Source: Thermoproteota archaeon (lineage in GTDB: Archaea; Thermoproteota; Methanomethylicia; Culexarchaeales; Culexarchaeaceae). Taken from it: a stretch of DNA of 64,000 bases. The translations under genes and the position numbers were made by a program. Location of the stretch: the NCBI GenBank assembly GCA_020833005.1, contig JAJHRD010000001.1, positions 71,423-135,422 on the forward strand, in the 5' to 3' direction. A model generated the notes under the pieces. That model was not told the DNA's origin. It did not search any database and saw only the letters and a program-made list of their open reading frames with translations. Of the stretch, positions 38,075-48,426 are shown one piece after another. Every line of letters begins with the position of its first letter. Position 1 is the first letter of the stretch.

Positions 38075-39056
38075 TCATCCTCCAAGGGATATCAACCGCG
38101 TCAAGCCTCCACCTTGGGCGAATAAAACTATCATCTACAGTTATTGTGACATTATGCATAAGTGATAATACTCCAGTCCACGCTATCATGGCACCATTAT
38201 CCCTTGCATACTCCATTGGAACAGCCTTAAAAACTACACCATGCTCTCTAGCTATGGATTCCATCATGACTCTCAATCGCTTATTAGCTGCTACACCCCC
38301 AGTTAAGAGGATTGCATTTTTACCTGTATGAACCAATGCACGTTCAGTAACTTCGCACACCATAGAAAAGGCGGTTTCTTGAAGACTGAAACATAAATCC
38401 TCAAGTACAGCACCATCCTTAAACTTTCTAATTGCCATTGTAAGTAATCCAGAAAAGGACATATCCTGCCCTTTAACAACATAAGGCAAGTTAATGTAAT
38501 TTGAACCCTTCGAAGCCAACCTTTCTACATGGGGACCCCCGGGATGGGGTAATCCAACGTACCTTGCAAATGTATCTAAACAGTTACCTAATGCTATATC
38601 AAGAGTTTCACCAAAAACCCTATACTTACCATCTGAGAAGGCGGAAATTATGGTGTTTCCACCAGATACGTAAACAACTAGAGGGTCATCAACTTTACAT
38701 GTTAATCTCGCAATCTCTATGTGCGCCACACAATGATTTACTGGAATTAAAGGTTTATTATAATATAATGATAAAGCCCTTGCAACTGTTGCTCCAACCC
38801 TTAAACATGGACCTAAACCGGGACCTAGAGATACCGCAAAACCATCTATTTCACTAATACTTTTCCCCGCATTTCTCAAAGCATCACGTATTACTGATGC
38901 AGCAACAGATGCATGATGACGAGCAGCTTCCCTTGGATGTATACCACCACTTACGGGAATATATTCAGAGTTCACATTTGCAAGTATTTCACCATTAGAA
39001 TTAGCGATTCCACAGCCAAAGGTATGAGCGGTGCATTCTATCCCTAAGATGAACAT
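38043..39056 (-). CDS. kae1: tRNA t6A synthase Kae1 (TsaD/Kae1/Qri7 family)
   Basis: MFILGIECTAHTFGCGI...HCVAHIE metal-binding motifs. Confidence 0.9.
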   Translation of the reverse strand: MFILGIECTAHTFGCGIANSNGEILANVNSEYIPVSGGIHPREAARHHASVAASVIRDALRNAGKSISEIDGFAVSLGPGLGPCLRVGATVARALSLYYNKPLIPVNHCVAHIEIARLTCKVDDPLVVYVSGGNTIISAFSDGKYRVFGETLDIALGNCLDTFARYVGLPHPGGPHVERLASKGSNYINLPYVVKGQDMSFSGLLTMAIRKFKDGAVLEDLCFSLQETAFSMVCEVTERALVHTGKNAILLTGGVAANKRLRVMMESIAREHGVVFKAVPMEYARDNGAMIAWTGVLSLMHNVTITVDDSFIRPRWRLDAVDIPWRMSAHEINKEGC

Positions 39057-39089
39057 TTTATTAATCCACCATCAACTAGATAGCACCAT

Positions 39090-39401
39090 TCACGCATTTT
39101 GCTGAGTAGAACCAGTATTTCTCCTGATTATATATTCAGGCTCTATTTGAAGCGCATAATCCTTTGAGTTATATATATGTATATGCCCCCTACTTACTGG
39201 AATACCATACTCTGAGAAAAGCTTTATCACATACACATTATCCAATGCGACATTAAATTTTGAAGCAATAGCTTCTCGAACACTCATCCTACTTGGAGTA
39301 CCAGAGTACGCATGCTTAATCACAACATCTAACTCTATCCTATTCAGAAGCTTATTTTCCCTTTTATTAATGACCTCGATCTCCATCCTTGAATACACCA
39401 C
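39090..39401 (-). CDS. rps24e: ribosomal protein S24e
   Basis: 103 aa; conserved S24e core. Confidence 0.85.
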   Translation of the reverse strand: MVYSRMEIEVINKRENKLLNRIELDVVIKHAYSGTPSRMSVREAIASKFNVALDNVYVIKLFSEYGIPVSRGHIHIYNSKDYALQIEPEYIIRRNTGSTQQNA

Positions 39402-39454
39402 ACCACTACAAGAATAAATAAAATAATTGCAAGTAAATTAAATTTGTTGTCTTC

Positions 39455-40009
39455 TCATCCTGGAATAAAGAATTTTAACAATTTAAATGCATAACTCTTA
39501 GCTTCAAGATTTATTGGAACAAACATAAGGCCACGTTTAGGTACTCCAAAAAATACCGCTGAGTTTAACGGTGCACAGAGGACGCAGGGCAATGCGAGTA
39601 GATCTTCTTCTCCATCTACAAGTATAAGTGAAGGTTCTTCTATTGAAATAACATATTGAATTGTTAGCCAAGAACTTGCAAGTATAGTTCCAGGGGGGTT
39701 AACTATTTTGAAAATATTCTTAAAATATGGAGTTGGATCGTATTGAAAACTTCTACGCTCAACATAAAAATCTACTATTGCAACATCTATAGGGATATTA
39801 CGAGTTATGAAAAATTTAGTGACATAATCCCCAACAGTAATCATTAACTTAGGTTTAAATTCATTTATAAGACTGGTCAATTTTTGGAATACGTCTTCAA
39901 AGCTCCCTTCAATAAGTACACCGTAAGGCTGTTTAAACTTGTCCTCATAAGTTCTATCCAAAACTAGTTTATTTATTGTAATGGGTTGCTCAATGAACTT
40001 CGATGGCAT
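39455..40009 (-). CDS. DUF359 family protein (GTP-dependent dephospho-CoA kinase family)
   Basis: 184 aa; the conserved archaeal DUF359-spt4-rpoE neighbourhood is present. Confidence 0.5.
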   Translation of the reverse strand: MPSKFIEQPITINKLVLDRTYEDKFKQPYGVLIEGSFEDVFQKLTSLINEFKPKLMITVGDYVTKFFITRNIPIDVAIVDFYVERRSFQYDPTPYFKNIFKIVNPPGTILASSWLTIQYVISIEEPSLILVDGEEDLLALPCVLCAPLNSAVFFGVPKRGLMFVPINLEAKSYAFKLLKFFIPG

Positions 40010-40214
40010 AACGACCAGGCTCTTTTTTATTCAAAAGCTTTGCAGTTTCACTATTAACGTCTAAAATTATCACCATTCCACTCCATTCATCAGAAAAATC
40101 TTTAGAATTACAAATAGGGCATTTAACAGCATCTTCATTAACAAGATAATGACAATTTCTACAAGCTTTAAATGGCAACCCTTTCCTAGGCAATTCATTT
40201 CTCCCTCTTCTCAC
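39990..40214 (-). CDS. spt4: transcription elongation factor Spt4 (zinc ribbon)
   Basis: CRNCHYLV...CPICNS; 74 aa. Confidence 0.75.
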   Translation of the reverse strand: MRRGRNELPRKGLPFKACRNCHYLVNEDAVKCPICNSKDFSDEWSGMVIILDVNSETAKLLNKKEPGRYAIEVH

Positions 40215-40755
40215 TCAATTTTTTAATATCCTCTTCAATCCATGATAAAACTCCAAGAAATGGTTGTCTCATAGTTAAACCAATCTTCACACTCTTAGGA
40301 GATAAACTCACGGTAACTATTCTCGCTCTAACAATATCCCCCTTTTTCACAATTCTATTAGTTTCTTTACCTTGCAAGGCACCTCTCCTTTTATCATAGA
40401 CTATGTAATCATCCATAACTTGTGAAACGTGTACTAAGCCATCCACAGGTCCCAATCTAATAAATATACCGAAATCAGTAACTTCAACAACTTCACCTTC
40501 AACAACCTCTTGAATAACGGGTAGAAATACCAAAGCGTCAAAGGTAACATCATGATAGCTAGACCCATCACCATGAATTATTCGACCAATGGGGGAAACA
40601 TCGGCATTCAATATTGCAATTATGATCCCCAGTTCCGTATCCACTAATCCTTCATATTTATTACGTAATAGCTCTAATGCAACTTTTTCTATAGGTTCAT
40701 TAAAGTATTGTGGCGGAATTCTAATAACATCCTTAACCTTGACAATGTAGTACAT
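40195..40755 (-). CDS. rpoE: RNA polymerase subunit E' (Rpo7, S1 domain)
   Basis: 186 aa; N-terminal Rpb7 fold plus S1 (GEVVEVTDFGIFIRLG). Confidence 0.8.
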   Translation of the reverse strand: MYYIVKVKDVIRIPPQYFNEPIEKVALELLRNKYEGLVDTELGIIIAILNADVSPIGRIIHGDGSSYHDVTFDALVFLPVIQEVVEGEVVEVTDFGIFIRLGPVDGLVHVSQVMDDYIVYDKRRGALQGKETNRIVKKGDIVRARIVTVSLSPKSVKIGLTMRQPFLGVLSWIEEDIKKLSEKREK

Positions 40756-40823
40756 AATATAATCACCCTATTAAACGTAATTTACTTTATAATAATTTTA
40801 ATTTAAAATAATAATTCCCCATC

Positions 40824-41237
40824 TCACCAATAGACCTCACCATCCATTTCTAAGTGATTAAAACCTCTTACGTATATTACAGGGATACTTAGCATTCTCA
40901 ATTTGCGTCTCAACTCAGCATCATTCGTTGCCACAATAACCTTTCCAACGTTTCCTTTAGCAAATTCTAAAATAGAATCATCAGCAATCTTATTATCCTC
41001 AAAATTCACCACTTCACAGTTACCAGCAATTTTTAATGCAACTCTAGCTAATAGTTTTTCTTTGCCAGATTTTGAGTTAATCATATTGTTTAATTCGTTA
41101 TACACAGAAGTTAGAATAACACACTTATGCGCCATTGGAATAAGTCTACTTATCTCCCCAAATAGGTCTATTCTATGCTCGGCAGCCAGCATCAAAATAC
41201 TTGTATCCAACACTACAATAAGCCCCCTTTTACTCAA
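40824..41237 (-). CDS. PIN-domain protein (conserved between rpoE and aIF2-gamma)
   Basis: 137 aa; acidic PIN residues (VVLDTS...D...D); synteny. Confidence 0.55.
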   Translation of the reverse strand: MSKRGLIVVLDTSILMLAAEHRIDLFGEISRLIPMAHKCVILTSVYNELNNMINSKSGKEKLLARVALKIAGNCEVVNFEDNKIADDSILEFAKGNVGKVIVATNDAELRRKLRMLSIPVIYVRGFNHLEMDGEVYW

Positions 41238-41247
41238 TAAAATTCAC

Positions 41248-42525
41248 CTAACCTTTAATAAACCCATATCCTATTAGTCTCCATCTTCCACCTATCCTCC
41301 GACTTATGGCAATCCTAGAATTAACTTCTGCACATATTGGCCTCCTCAATGAAACGTATACGTATCCCCTTGAAATTGAAGTAACTGTACCAAGGGTTGT
41401 GGCAGTTCCGGAGTTTATCATTAATTGCTCTTTAATTTTTAACGGTTCAACTTTTTGAGGCTCTTTCAACCCAACGACCCACTCTAACAAGTGAGGTTCA
41501 AATGAAAATTCATACCACACTGGTGGAAGAGTTCCTGGTGAACCTAAAACGTTTCCAACAAGAGCATCTGCTTTTGTCAATGAGGGATCCAGTGTAGTTC
41601 CAACACCAACAAGACCTCCAGGTCTAGCCACCTTAACGGGTGTTTCACCACTCTTTAGGCTAACTATGCGTGTATATAAGGGCCTATTCTCAATTTTACC
41701 ATTATGTTCAATGATTAATCCAGGGCTTATTTCAATTTCATCACCAATAGACAATTTCCCTTGAACTATAGATCCTCCAATAACTCCGCCAGATAGCTTA
41801 TCGAAATCAGTTCCAGGTTTATTTACATCGAAGGATCTTGCAACAAACATCCTTGCAGGCTTTGATTCATCTCGAACTGGAGTTGGAATGTATTCTTCAA
41901 TTGCTTCGAGTAATACATCTATGTTAATTCCATGTAAGGCGGATACGGGTATTATTGGGGCATTTTCAGCTATTGTTCCTTTGATGAATCTTAAAATTTC
42001 ATTATAATTTTTAAATAAATCTTCACGTGTAGCTATTTCAACTTTATTCTGAACTATAACTATGTTCTTCACTCCAATTATTTCAAGTGCTATTAGATGT
42101 TCACGTGTTTGGGGTTGTGGGCATGGTTGTGTAGCATCAATAACCATCAAAGCTCCATCCATCAATGTAGCACCAGCAAGCATAGTTGCCATAAGCATTT
42201 CATGCCCTGGGCAGTCTACAAAGGAAACCCTCCTTAAGATTATGGTATCTGAGCCGCATATTGGACATTTGGGTTTTGTAGTGTAGCATTGTGGAGGAGG
42301 ACATTTTGGGCATTTCCTTATTGTTGCATCTGCATAACCCAACTTTAAAGTTAAACCCCTCTTCAGTTCCTCACTATGTCTTGCAGTCCAAATTCCAGTT
42401 AATGCCTGAACAAGGGTTGTCTTACCATGATCCACATGACCAGTAGTGCCAATATTACATTCAGGTTGTTTATACTCAAAATAATCTGTGGATGAATTAC
42501 TTTTCTGCAGGTAAATCACCTTCAA
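41248..42525 (-). CDS. eif2g: translation initiation factor aIF2 gamma subunit
   Basis: GTTGHVDHGKTT, DCPGH, NKVE; C4 zinc knuckle CPKCP...CPICG. Start uncertain (29-nt overlap with S6e). Confidence 0.9.
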   Translation of the reverse strand: MKVIYLQKSNSSTDYFEYKQPECNIGTTGHVDHGKTTLVQALTGIWTARHSEELKRGLTLKLGYADATIRKCPKCPPPQCYTTKPKCPICGSDTIILRRVSFVDCPGHEMLMATMLAGATLMDGALMVIDATQPCPQPQTREHLIALEIIGVKNIVIVQNKVEIATREDLFKNYNEILRFIKGTIAENAPIIPVSALHGINIDVLLEAIEEYIPTPVRDESKPARMFVARSFDVNKPGTDFDKLSGGVIGGSIVQGKLSIGDEIEISPGLIIEHNGKIENRPLYTRIVSLKSGETPVKVARPGGLVGVGTTLDPSLTKADALVGNVLGSPGTLPPVWYEFSFEPHLLEWVVGLKEPQKVEPLKIKEQLMINSGTATTLGTVTSISRGYVYVSLRRPICAEVNSRIAISRRIGGRWRLIGYGFIKG

Positions 42526-42862
42526 CGATCACGGTATTTATTTGAACAATATCTGGTGTAATGGTGTTACCTCTAACCGTTTTACGCTTTCTAAGTCCAT
42601 CCTCCTTGGGTCTAAATCCTGGTGGGTGAGACATTAAAACCCTGTATTTTTTCCCTCCAGGTAGGTATGGTATCATGGGAAAACCTGCAAAATCGCTGCC
42701 GCCAGTAATCTTCAATTTTACATTGGGAAGATTTATTATGGAACCATCAATGATATCTCCGATCTTCATGCCAATTAAGGAGAGAGATAATGGTTCATCA
42801 ACCTCAAATGATTTCGCAATACCTTTTTTTGGGTCACTTACAACTAAATTAAACTTCACCAT
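42497..42862 (-). CDS. rps6e: ribosomal protein S6e
   Basis: 121 aa; S6e family core. Confidence 0.8.
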   Translation of the reverse strand: MVKFNLVVSDPKKGIAKSFEVDEPLSLSLIGMKIGDIIDGSIINLPNVKLKITGGSDFAGFPMIPYLPGGKKYRVLMSHPPGFRPKEDGLRKRKTVRGNTITPDIVQINTVIVEGDLPAEK

Positions 42863-42864
42863 AA

Positions 42865-44661
42865 CTACCTCTCACCTCTTTTAATTTTTGATATCTCCTT
42901 TAACAAATTTATCTCCTCCTCCGAAAGTTTATCAGTAAACTCTTTGAGGAACACCCCAATATGTTCCGAGGGGACATTTACATAAAGAATGTCATTCTCA
43001 TTTATATGTCTTCCCACCATCATATTACTCTTTATAGAAATTGCAACTTGCATACCTTTAGTAGCTTCTTTCAAAACTTTACCTTTATCTTGAATTTGTA
43101 GAATTTCACCAACTACCTTACCGTCATCTTTAATTAATACATATCCTGGCATAATTTTACCAGCCATGATGTCTACTCCGACTATTATAGGTTCACTTCT
43201 TCTAAATACACATCCAGGAATTATTCTAATTTTACCTGGAAAAATGAGGGATTCAAACTTCTTTTCTCTTTCCATGGAAACCATTTGCGTGAACCAATTA
43301 ACATATTCCTCCACTAACCTGTATATTATGATATTTTGGAAAATTCTAACCTTCAATCTTGCAGCTTCCAATTCAGCTTCGGGTAGAACCTTTACATTAA
43401 ACGCCAATATAACCCCCCTATATGGATCAGATTGACTTACTATGGATGCTTCAACAACATCCCTTTTAGAAACAGGTCCTATATCGGCAATTTTAACGGG
43501 AATCTTAAGGTTTTCTAAGTAGCTTGTTAAAGCTTCCAAGGAGCCAAGAGTATCGGCTTTTAATATCACCCCATTAACATCCCTAGAAAACTTTATCGAA
43601 GAAACCTCTTCCCTAACAAGTGATACTATGTTCTCCAATTTTGATGAATCTTCAACGACAAATAATGGTGCACCGGCAACAGCCCCCTCTATATCTGGCG
43701 CTATTATTTTTACACCAGCAGCAGCGGAAACTTCATCTACCTCAATAAACTTATCCTCCGGGGAACGCATTTCATCTAGCGGTTTAGGCAATAATAATGC
43801 TCTTACCCTACTAACTAAGGGCTTTTCCAAACCACCAACAACGATCATGTCTCCACGCCTAATTATGCCATCGTAGATTATAGTATCAAGACTTAAACCT
43901 AAACCACGTTCCTCACGGACCTCAAGAACAACACCTTTAGCAGGACCTTGAACAAACCTAAGACGTTCACGCATAAATCGCTGCGATAAGCCCACAAGGA
44001 TCATTAAAAGCTCAGGGATACCTTCACCGGTTTTGGCACTTGTGGGGACTACGGGAATAGTCTTAGAAAAATCCCTAATTTTATCAAATCTATCTGCATT
44101 AAAGCCAAGTCGATAAAGCTCGAAAATAATCTTTTGTTGAAGATCTTCCAATGCTCTAATAACCGAGGCACTCTGCTTCTTGATACTAAAAAGTATTGGT
44201 GAGTCAGGAGATGGTTTCCATCCAGGTATTTTATCAACCTTGTTTGCAGCTACTACAAAAGAAGTTTTCCTAGACTTCAAAATTTCAATAGCCTCATAAG
44301 TTTGATTTTGAAATCCTTTTGTAATATCGACAACAAGTACTGCAATATCAGCAATAGACCCCCCTCTACGCCTCAGATTCACGAATATCTCATGACCAGG
44401 TGTGTCTATGAAAAGTAAACCAGGGAAATCCAATTCAATACGCATTGCACTTAGAAGCTCTCCACAAATCTTCTTTAATGCTGATTGTGGTATAAAACTT
44501 GCCCCAATATGTTGAGTCATAGTTCCAGGTTCTTTCAAAGCTACTGCAGTACCCCTAATCTTATCTAATAATGAAGTTTTGCCAGCATCTACATGCCCAA
44601 GTACACAAACTATTGGTTGCCTAATTCTAGGATTAGACAAATCGAACACACCTTTAACCAA
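42865..44661 (-). CDS. infB: translation initiation factor aIF5B (IF2 homologue)
   Basis: VCVLGHVDAGKTSLLD, DTPGHE, NKVD; 598 aa. Confidence 0.9.
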   Translation of the reverse strand: MVKGVFDLSNPRIRQPIVCVLGHVDAGKTSLLDKIRGTAVALKEPGTMTQHIGASFIPQSALKKICGELLSAMRIELDFPGLLFIDTPGHEIFVNLRRRGGSIADIAVLVVDITKGFQNQTYEAIEILKSRKTSFVVAANKVDKIPGWKPSPDSPILFSIKKQSASVIRALEDLQQKIIFELYRLGFNADRFDKIRDFSKTIPVVPTSAKTGEGIPELLMILVGLSQRFMRERLRFVQGPAKGVVLEVREERGLGLSLDTIIYDGIIRRGDMIVVGGLEKPLVSRVRALLLPKPLDEMRSPEDKFIEVDEVSAAAGVKIIAPDIEGAVAGAPLFVVEDSSKLENIVSLVREEVSSIKFSRDVNGVILKADTLGSLEALTSYLENLKIPVKIADIGPVSKRDVVEASIVSQSDPYRGVILAFNVKVLPEAELEAARLKVRIFQNIIIYRLVEEYVNWFTQMVSMEREKKFESLIFPGKIRIIPGCVFRRSEPIIVGVDIMAGKIMPGYVLIKDDGKVVGEILQIQDKGKVLKEATKGMQVAISIKSNMMVGRHINENDILYVNVPSEHIGVFLKEFTDKLSEEEINLLKEISKIKRGER

Positions 44662-44736
44662 AAGAAGGAAATAATGAATAAAGGTTAAAAATCTTTCTTA
44701 ATAGCAATTTTTAATAAATTAAATTTAAGTTGTTTA

Positions 44737-45159
44737 CTAATATGATATCAATTCATGATCTTTGAAAAATAAGTTTATTTCTCTTTCACTATTCTCAGCG
44801 CTATCCGATGCGTGTACAACATTACGCGTAACATCCAAACCATAATCCCCCCTAATAGTTCCAGGTAAAGCATTTTGTGGTGACGTCGCTCCAATCATAT
44901 TCCTAACTTTAATTATAGCATTACTTCCCTCAACCACTATGGCAACAATAGGACCAGAAGTTATGTGCGATATTAGATCTTCAAAGAAAGGCTTATTGCG
45001 GTGCATACAATATAGTTCTTCGGCTTTTTCCCTAGATAACTTTACCATCTTAATGCCAATAATCTTTAGACCTCTACGCTCGATTCTACTTATGATTTCC
45101 CCAATTAACCCTCTGAGCACACCATCAGGTTTTATTAAAATTAAAGTTCTTTCACTCAA
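44737..45159 (-). CDS. ndk: nucleoside diphosphate kinase
   Basis: [13 protein letters not shown]...NVVHASDS (active-site His). Confidence 0.9.
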   Translation of the reverse strand: MSERTLILIKPDGVLRGLIGEIISRIERRGLKIIGIKMVKLSREKAEELYCMHRNKPFFEDLISHITSGPIVAIVVEGSNAIIKVRNMIGATSPQNALPGTIRGDYGLDVTRNVVHASDSAENSEREINLFFKDHELISY

Positions 45160-45228
45160 AGCCTATCCCCCATGAAAATTGCTGAATTAATCATTACCTA
45201 AAATGACCTTTATTATTTTGCAACGGAT

Positions 45229-45411
45229 TCACCTGTTATTTGATTTAGTAACCCATTTAACATCGGCAGGTTTCCTGGAGAGATATAGCATGTTCTTCCT
45301 ACATTTACTTGAACAAAAGAATAATACTGACCCATCAGATTTAACGTATAAGATGCCCTCCCCCCTGGGGACGTTCTTACCACAAAAGCTACAACGTCTA
45401 GTTGCGCTCAT
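45229..45411 (-). CDS. rpl24e: ribosomal protein L24e
   Basis: RRCSFCGKNVPRGEGILYV...FFCSSKC zinc motif. Confidence 0.8.
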   Translation of the reverse strand: MSATRRCSFCGKNVPRGEGILYVKSDGSVLFFCSSKCRKNMLYLSRKPADVKWVTKSNNR

Positions 45412-45423
45412 TTATATCACAAC

Positions 45424-45651
45424 CTAACGTGGAGTAAGTTTGCGTGCCTCCCTTTCTGTTTCACGTAACATTAGTATGTCCCCTAATCTCACAGGTCCCT
45501 TAACATTCCTAGTGATAACTCTCCCCTTATCCTTCCCTTCCAAAACTCTCACTCTTACTTGAATTACTTCGCCAGTAACACCGGTTCTACCAATAATTTG
45601 TATGACCTCCGCAGGCGTTGCGTCCGTTGAAGAGCTACTCAAAGTAAACAC
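45424..45651 (-). CDS. rps28e: ribosomal protein S28e
   Basis: 75 aa; [18 protein letters not shown]...[19 protein letters not shown]. Confidence 0.8.
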   Translation of the reverse strand: MFTLSSSSTDATPAEVIQIIGRTGVTGEVIQVRVRVLEGKDKGRVITRNVKGPVRLGDILMLRETEREARKLTPR

Positions 45652-45681
45652 CCTTAAGAGAGGAATTTAAAAGGTGGCATT

Positions 45682-46092
45682 TTAACCTTTCTTTTCTGCG
45701 GTGCTTCCAACCTTTATTTTATTAACTTCAGCTATTATTTCCTCAACTAATTTAGCTGCTCCACCAGCATCTATTATACAAGCTGATGCTGCTGCTATAT
45801 CTATTCCAGCAGATTGACCAAGCTTAGCTTTACTTGGAACATATAGGTATGGTATTTTACGTTCTTCACAGAGTAGTGGTAAGTGTGCAACAACCTCTGG
45901 AGGGTCCACATCTTCTGCGATTAAAACCAGTTTTGCTAACCCCCTTTCAACAGCTTTAGTTGTTTCATTAGTCCCCTTCTTTATTTTTCCAGTATCCCTA
46001 GCTATTTTAAGGGCTTCATACCCCCTTTCTGCAAGTTCTGGTGGAACTTCAAATCTCACGTAAAATGGTTTTGATTTTGCTTTTGACATCAT
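45682..46092 (-). CDS. rpl7ae: ribosomal protein L7Ae (K-turn binding; C/D and H/ACA sRNP component)
   Basis: [26 protein letters not shown]...IPYLYV. Confidence 0.9.
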   Translation of the reverse strand: MMSKAKSKPFYVRFEVPPELAERGYEALKIARDTGKIKKGTNETTKAVERGLAKLVLIAEDVDPPEVVAHLPLLCEERKIPYLYVPSKAKLGQSAGIDIAAASACIIDAGGAAKLVEEIIAEVNKIKVGSTAEKKG

Positions 46093-46163
46093 CTCACACC
46101 CATTTCATTGAATCATCTAAAATAGAATAAAGGAACTCATTTTTAAATCTTTTTACTGCAAAT

Positions 46164-47927
46164 TTATGGATGAGTATAGTAAAAGGTTAACTCTGCACTA
46201 TCCTTATTAATGCTATCTACTCTTACGAAACCGAAACGCATAAATTGTATGACTTCACCAATCTTTAGATTTAAACATTGATAATCGCATAAACCTCTAA
46301 CTTCACTTGCATCAGGCATCACTATTGTTGCATTTGCATTTCCCTCCAGAGGCAACCAATGTATTATTTTCTGCTCACCTTTAAACTTTAAAGTTTCAAC
46401 CCCTAAAAATACGCTGTCAACCACATTAGAAGTGTAATCTATATTGGTTACTTTAAAGTTGAGGAGACCCATTAACCTATATGTTTCATCAATCTTCATA
46501 GAGTGAGCATCGGATGCCTGAATATAAACGGTTATCGTATTATTCACGGGAGTCACTGATAATATTCTATAACCACGTTCAATATAATTTGGATGTAATG
46601 GTATCTTCGCTTCAATTTTAGATAAAACGCCATGAACATTTAATTTAAACTGTGGTAATGCTATGAAAAAGAATCTATTAGCTACAGGTTCTAAGATGCG
46701 TCTATTTATTGAGTATAAATTTTCTAGCGATATAGATGCGGATGTAGATTTTATGCCTACACTAAATATAATTTCCCTTATAGCTTCTGGTCTAAAACCA
46801 CGTCTTCGTAGTGCAGCAAGAGTCCCAAGTCTCGGGTCATCCCAAGATTTGTAAATCCCACGCTTAATGCCCTCAGCAATCTTAGATTTACTTAAAACCC
46901 ATCCACTTAGCTTCATCCGTCCAAAATGTATGGCTTCTGGATATACCCATCCAAAGTAATTGAAGATATATTTTTGCTTTATGGTATTTACTTCATGTTC
47001 TCTGCCCCTAAGAATATGCGTAACACCCATAAGATGGTCATCAATTGCGCAAGCAAAATTGTAAGTAGGCCACACACAATACTTGTCACCAGTTCTCGGA
47101 TGAGGCCATTGCTTAACATCGATTATTCTAAATGCAACCCAATCTCTAACAGAAGGATTTGGATGGGACATATCGGTTTTTATCCTAACTACAGCATCAC
47201 CCTCCTTAAATGAATGATTGATCATCTTCTCCCATAACTCAATGTTTTCCTCAACACTTCTAGATCTACAGGGGCATTCCTTAGAACTAGTTTTATACTT
47301 CTTAAAAACTTCAGCTGGACATGTACAGACATATGCATATCCCATCTCCATCAGTTTACGTGCAAGATCATAATATATATCCATTCTATCTGATTGAATG
47401 TATAGTTCATCCCATTTAGCACCCAACCAAATTATATCATCCTTGATCATGTCGTAAAATTCCAATACTGGACGTTTAGTCTTTGGATCTGTATCTTCAA
47501 ATCTTAATATAAATTTTCCATTATACATTTTTGCATACTCATAAGACAATATTATTGGTCTTGCACTACCAAGATGTAGTGGCGCGTCTGGATTTGGGGC
47601 AAATCTCGTTTTAACAATGGGTACCTTATCAGCATTTGGTAGAGGTGGGAGCTTCTTTTCCTCTTCAACAGCTTTACTTTCCTTGATTAACTCTGGCCAT
47701 CGCTCTTCCAGAAGCTTTTTTTGAAGCTCGATCGTCATACTGTTAACTTCGTTTACTATTCTTTCAACGTGGGGTAACAGAGTTTTAGCAAGTGATCTAT
47801 ACTGCGGTAGCTCACTAAATATTTTTGATAAAACAGCATTAACTTGCGCTTTTCCATCATGCTTATATGCATTTAAAAGAGCATATTTGAAAATTATTGA
47901 CTCAATGAATTCATCTATCTCCAACAA
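46164..47927 (-). CDS. gltX: glutamyl-tRNA synthetase
   Basis: Class I HIGH region PLHLGSARP; KMS-like loop; 587 aa. Confidence 0.85.
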   Translation of the reverse strand: MLEIDEFIESIIFKYALLNAYKHDGKAQVNAVLSKIFSELPQYRSLAKTLLPHVERIVNEVNSMTIELQKKLLEERWPELIKESKAVEEEKKLPPLPNADKVPIVKTRFAPNPDAPLHLGSARPIILSYEYAKMYNGKFILRFEDTDPKTKRPVLEFYDMIKDDIIWLGAKWDELYIQSDRMDIYYDLARKLMEMGYAYVCTCPAEVFKKYKTSSKECPCRSRSVEENIELWEKMINHSFKEGDAVVRIKTDMSHPNPSVRDWVAFRIIDVKQWPHPRTGDKYCVWPTYNFACAIDDHLMGVTHILRGREHEVNTIKQKYIFNYFGWVYPEAIHFGRMKLSGWVLSKSKIAEGIKRGIYKSWDDPRLGTLAALRRRGFRPEAIREIIFSVGIKSTSASISLENLYSINRRILEPVANRFFFIALPQFKLNVHGVLSKIEAKIPLHPNYIERGYRILSVTPVNNTITVYIQASDAHSMKIDETYRLMGLLNFKVTNIDYTSNVVDSVFLGVETLKFKGEQKIIHWLPLEGNANATIVMPDASEVRGLCDYQCLNLKIGEVIQFMRFGFVRVDSINKDSAELTFYYTHP

Positions 47928-48423
47928 TTTCTCTCACCATCACATTTTGAGATATTACAAATAGATATTTTTGAGGCTTATACTCTATTTGTGTAAAATA
48001 GAAAACAACACCATCTGCTTGAGAGAGACCGTAACGGACTTCCCGTTTACCAGTAAAAATTGCAACCAGACGTGTAGATTTATTAACATTCTCTCCAACA
48101 GAAACCATTGGCACAACATTTTTCCCTGTAAACTCCCTCAATACGACATGATCGCCAACATTCAAGAATAGAGCTTTCCCATCAATGACTGTACATACAT
48201 CCTTACATATCACACTTTGTTCGATATTTAAAAAATATTTATATGCATCGTCATAAATCTCCTCAACATAGACATTATTCGGAAACTCTGAATTTAAATT
48301 AAGTTGGTTAAGTGATTTTCTAATATACACTTTACTCCCTTCTAGTACTAGAATATTCTTATCTACATCAAGATTATGATTACTCATTTTGATGAAAATT
48401 CTGGGAATAATAAGCTTATTCAA
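47911..48423 (-). CDS. hypothetical protein, 170 aa
   Basis: ORF only; overlaps the gltX start by 17 nt. Confidence 0.3.
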   Translation of the reverse strand: MNKLIIPRIFIKMSNHNLDVDKNILVLEGSKVYIRKSLNQLNLNSEFPNNVYVEEIYDDAYKYFLNIEQSVICKDVCTVIDGKALFLNVGDHVVLREFTGKNVVPMVSVGENVNKSTRLVAIFTGKREVRYGLSQADGVVFYFTQIEYKPQKYLFVISQNVMVREIVGDR

Positions 48424-48426
48424 TTT

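Noticed and set aside
42497-42525. Overlap of the aIF2-gamma start with the S6e 3' end considered as a gene fusion
   Set aside because: Different reading frames. The aIF2-gamma start is probably a downstream alternative codon, so no fusion.
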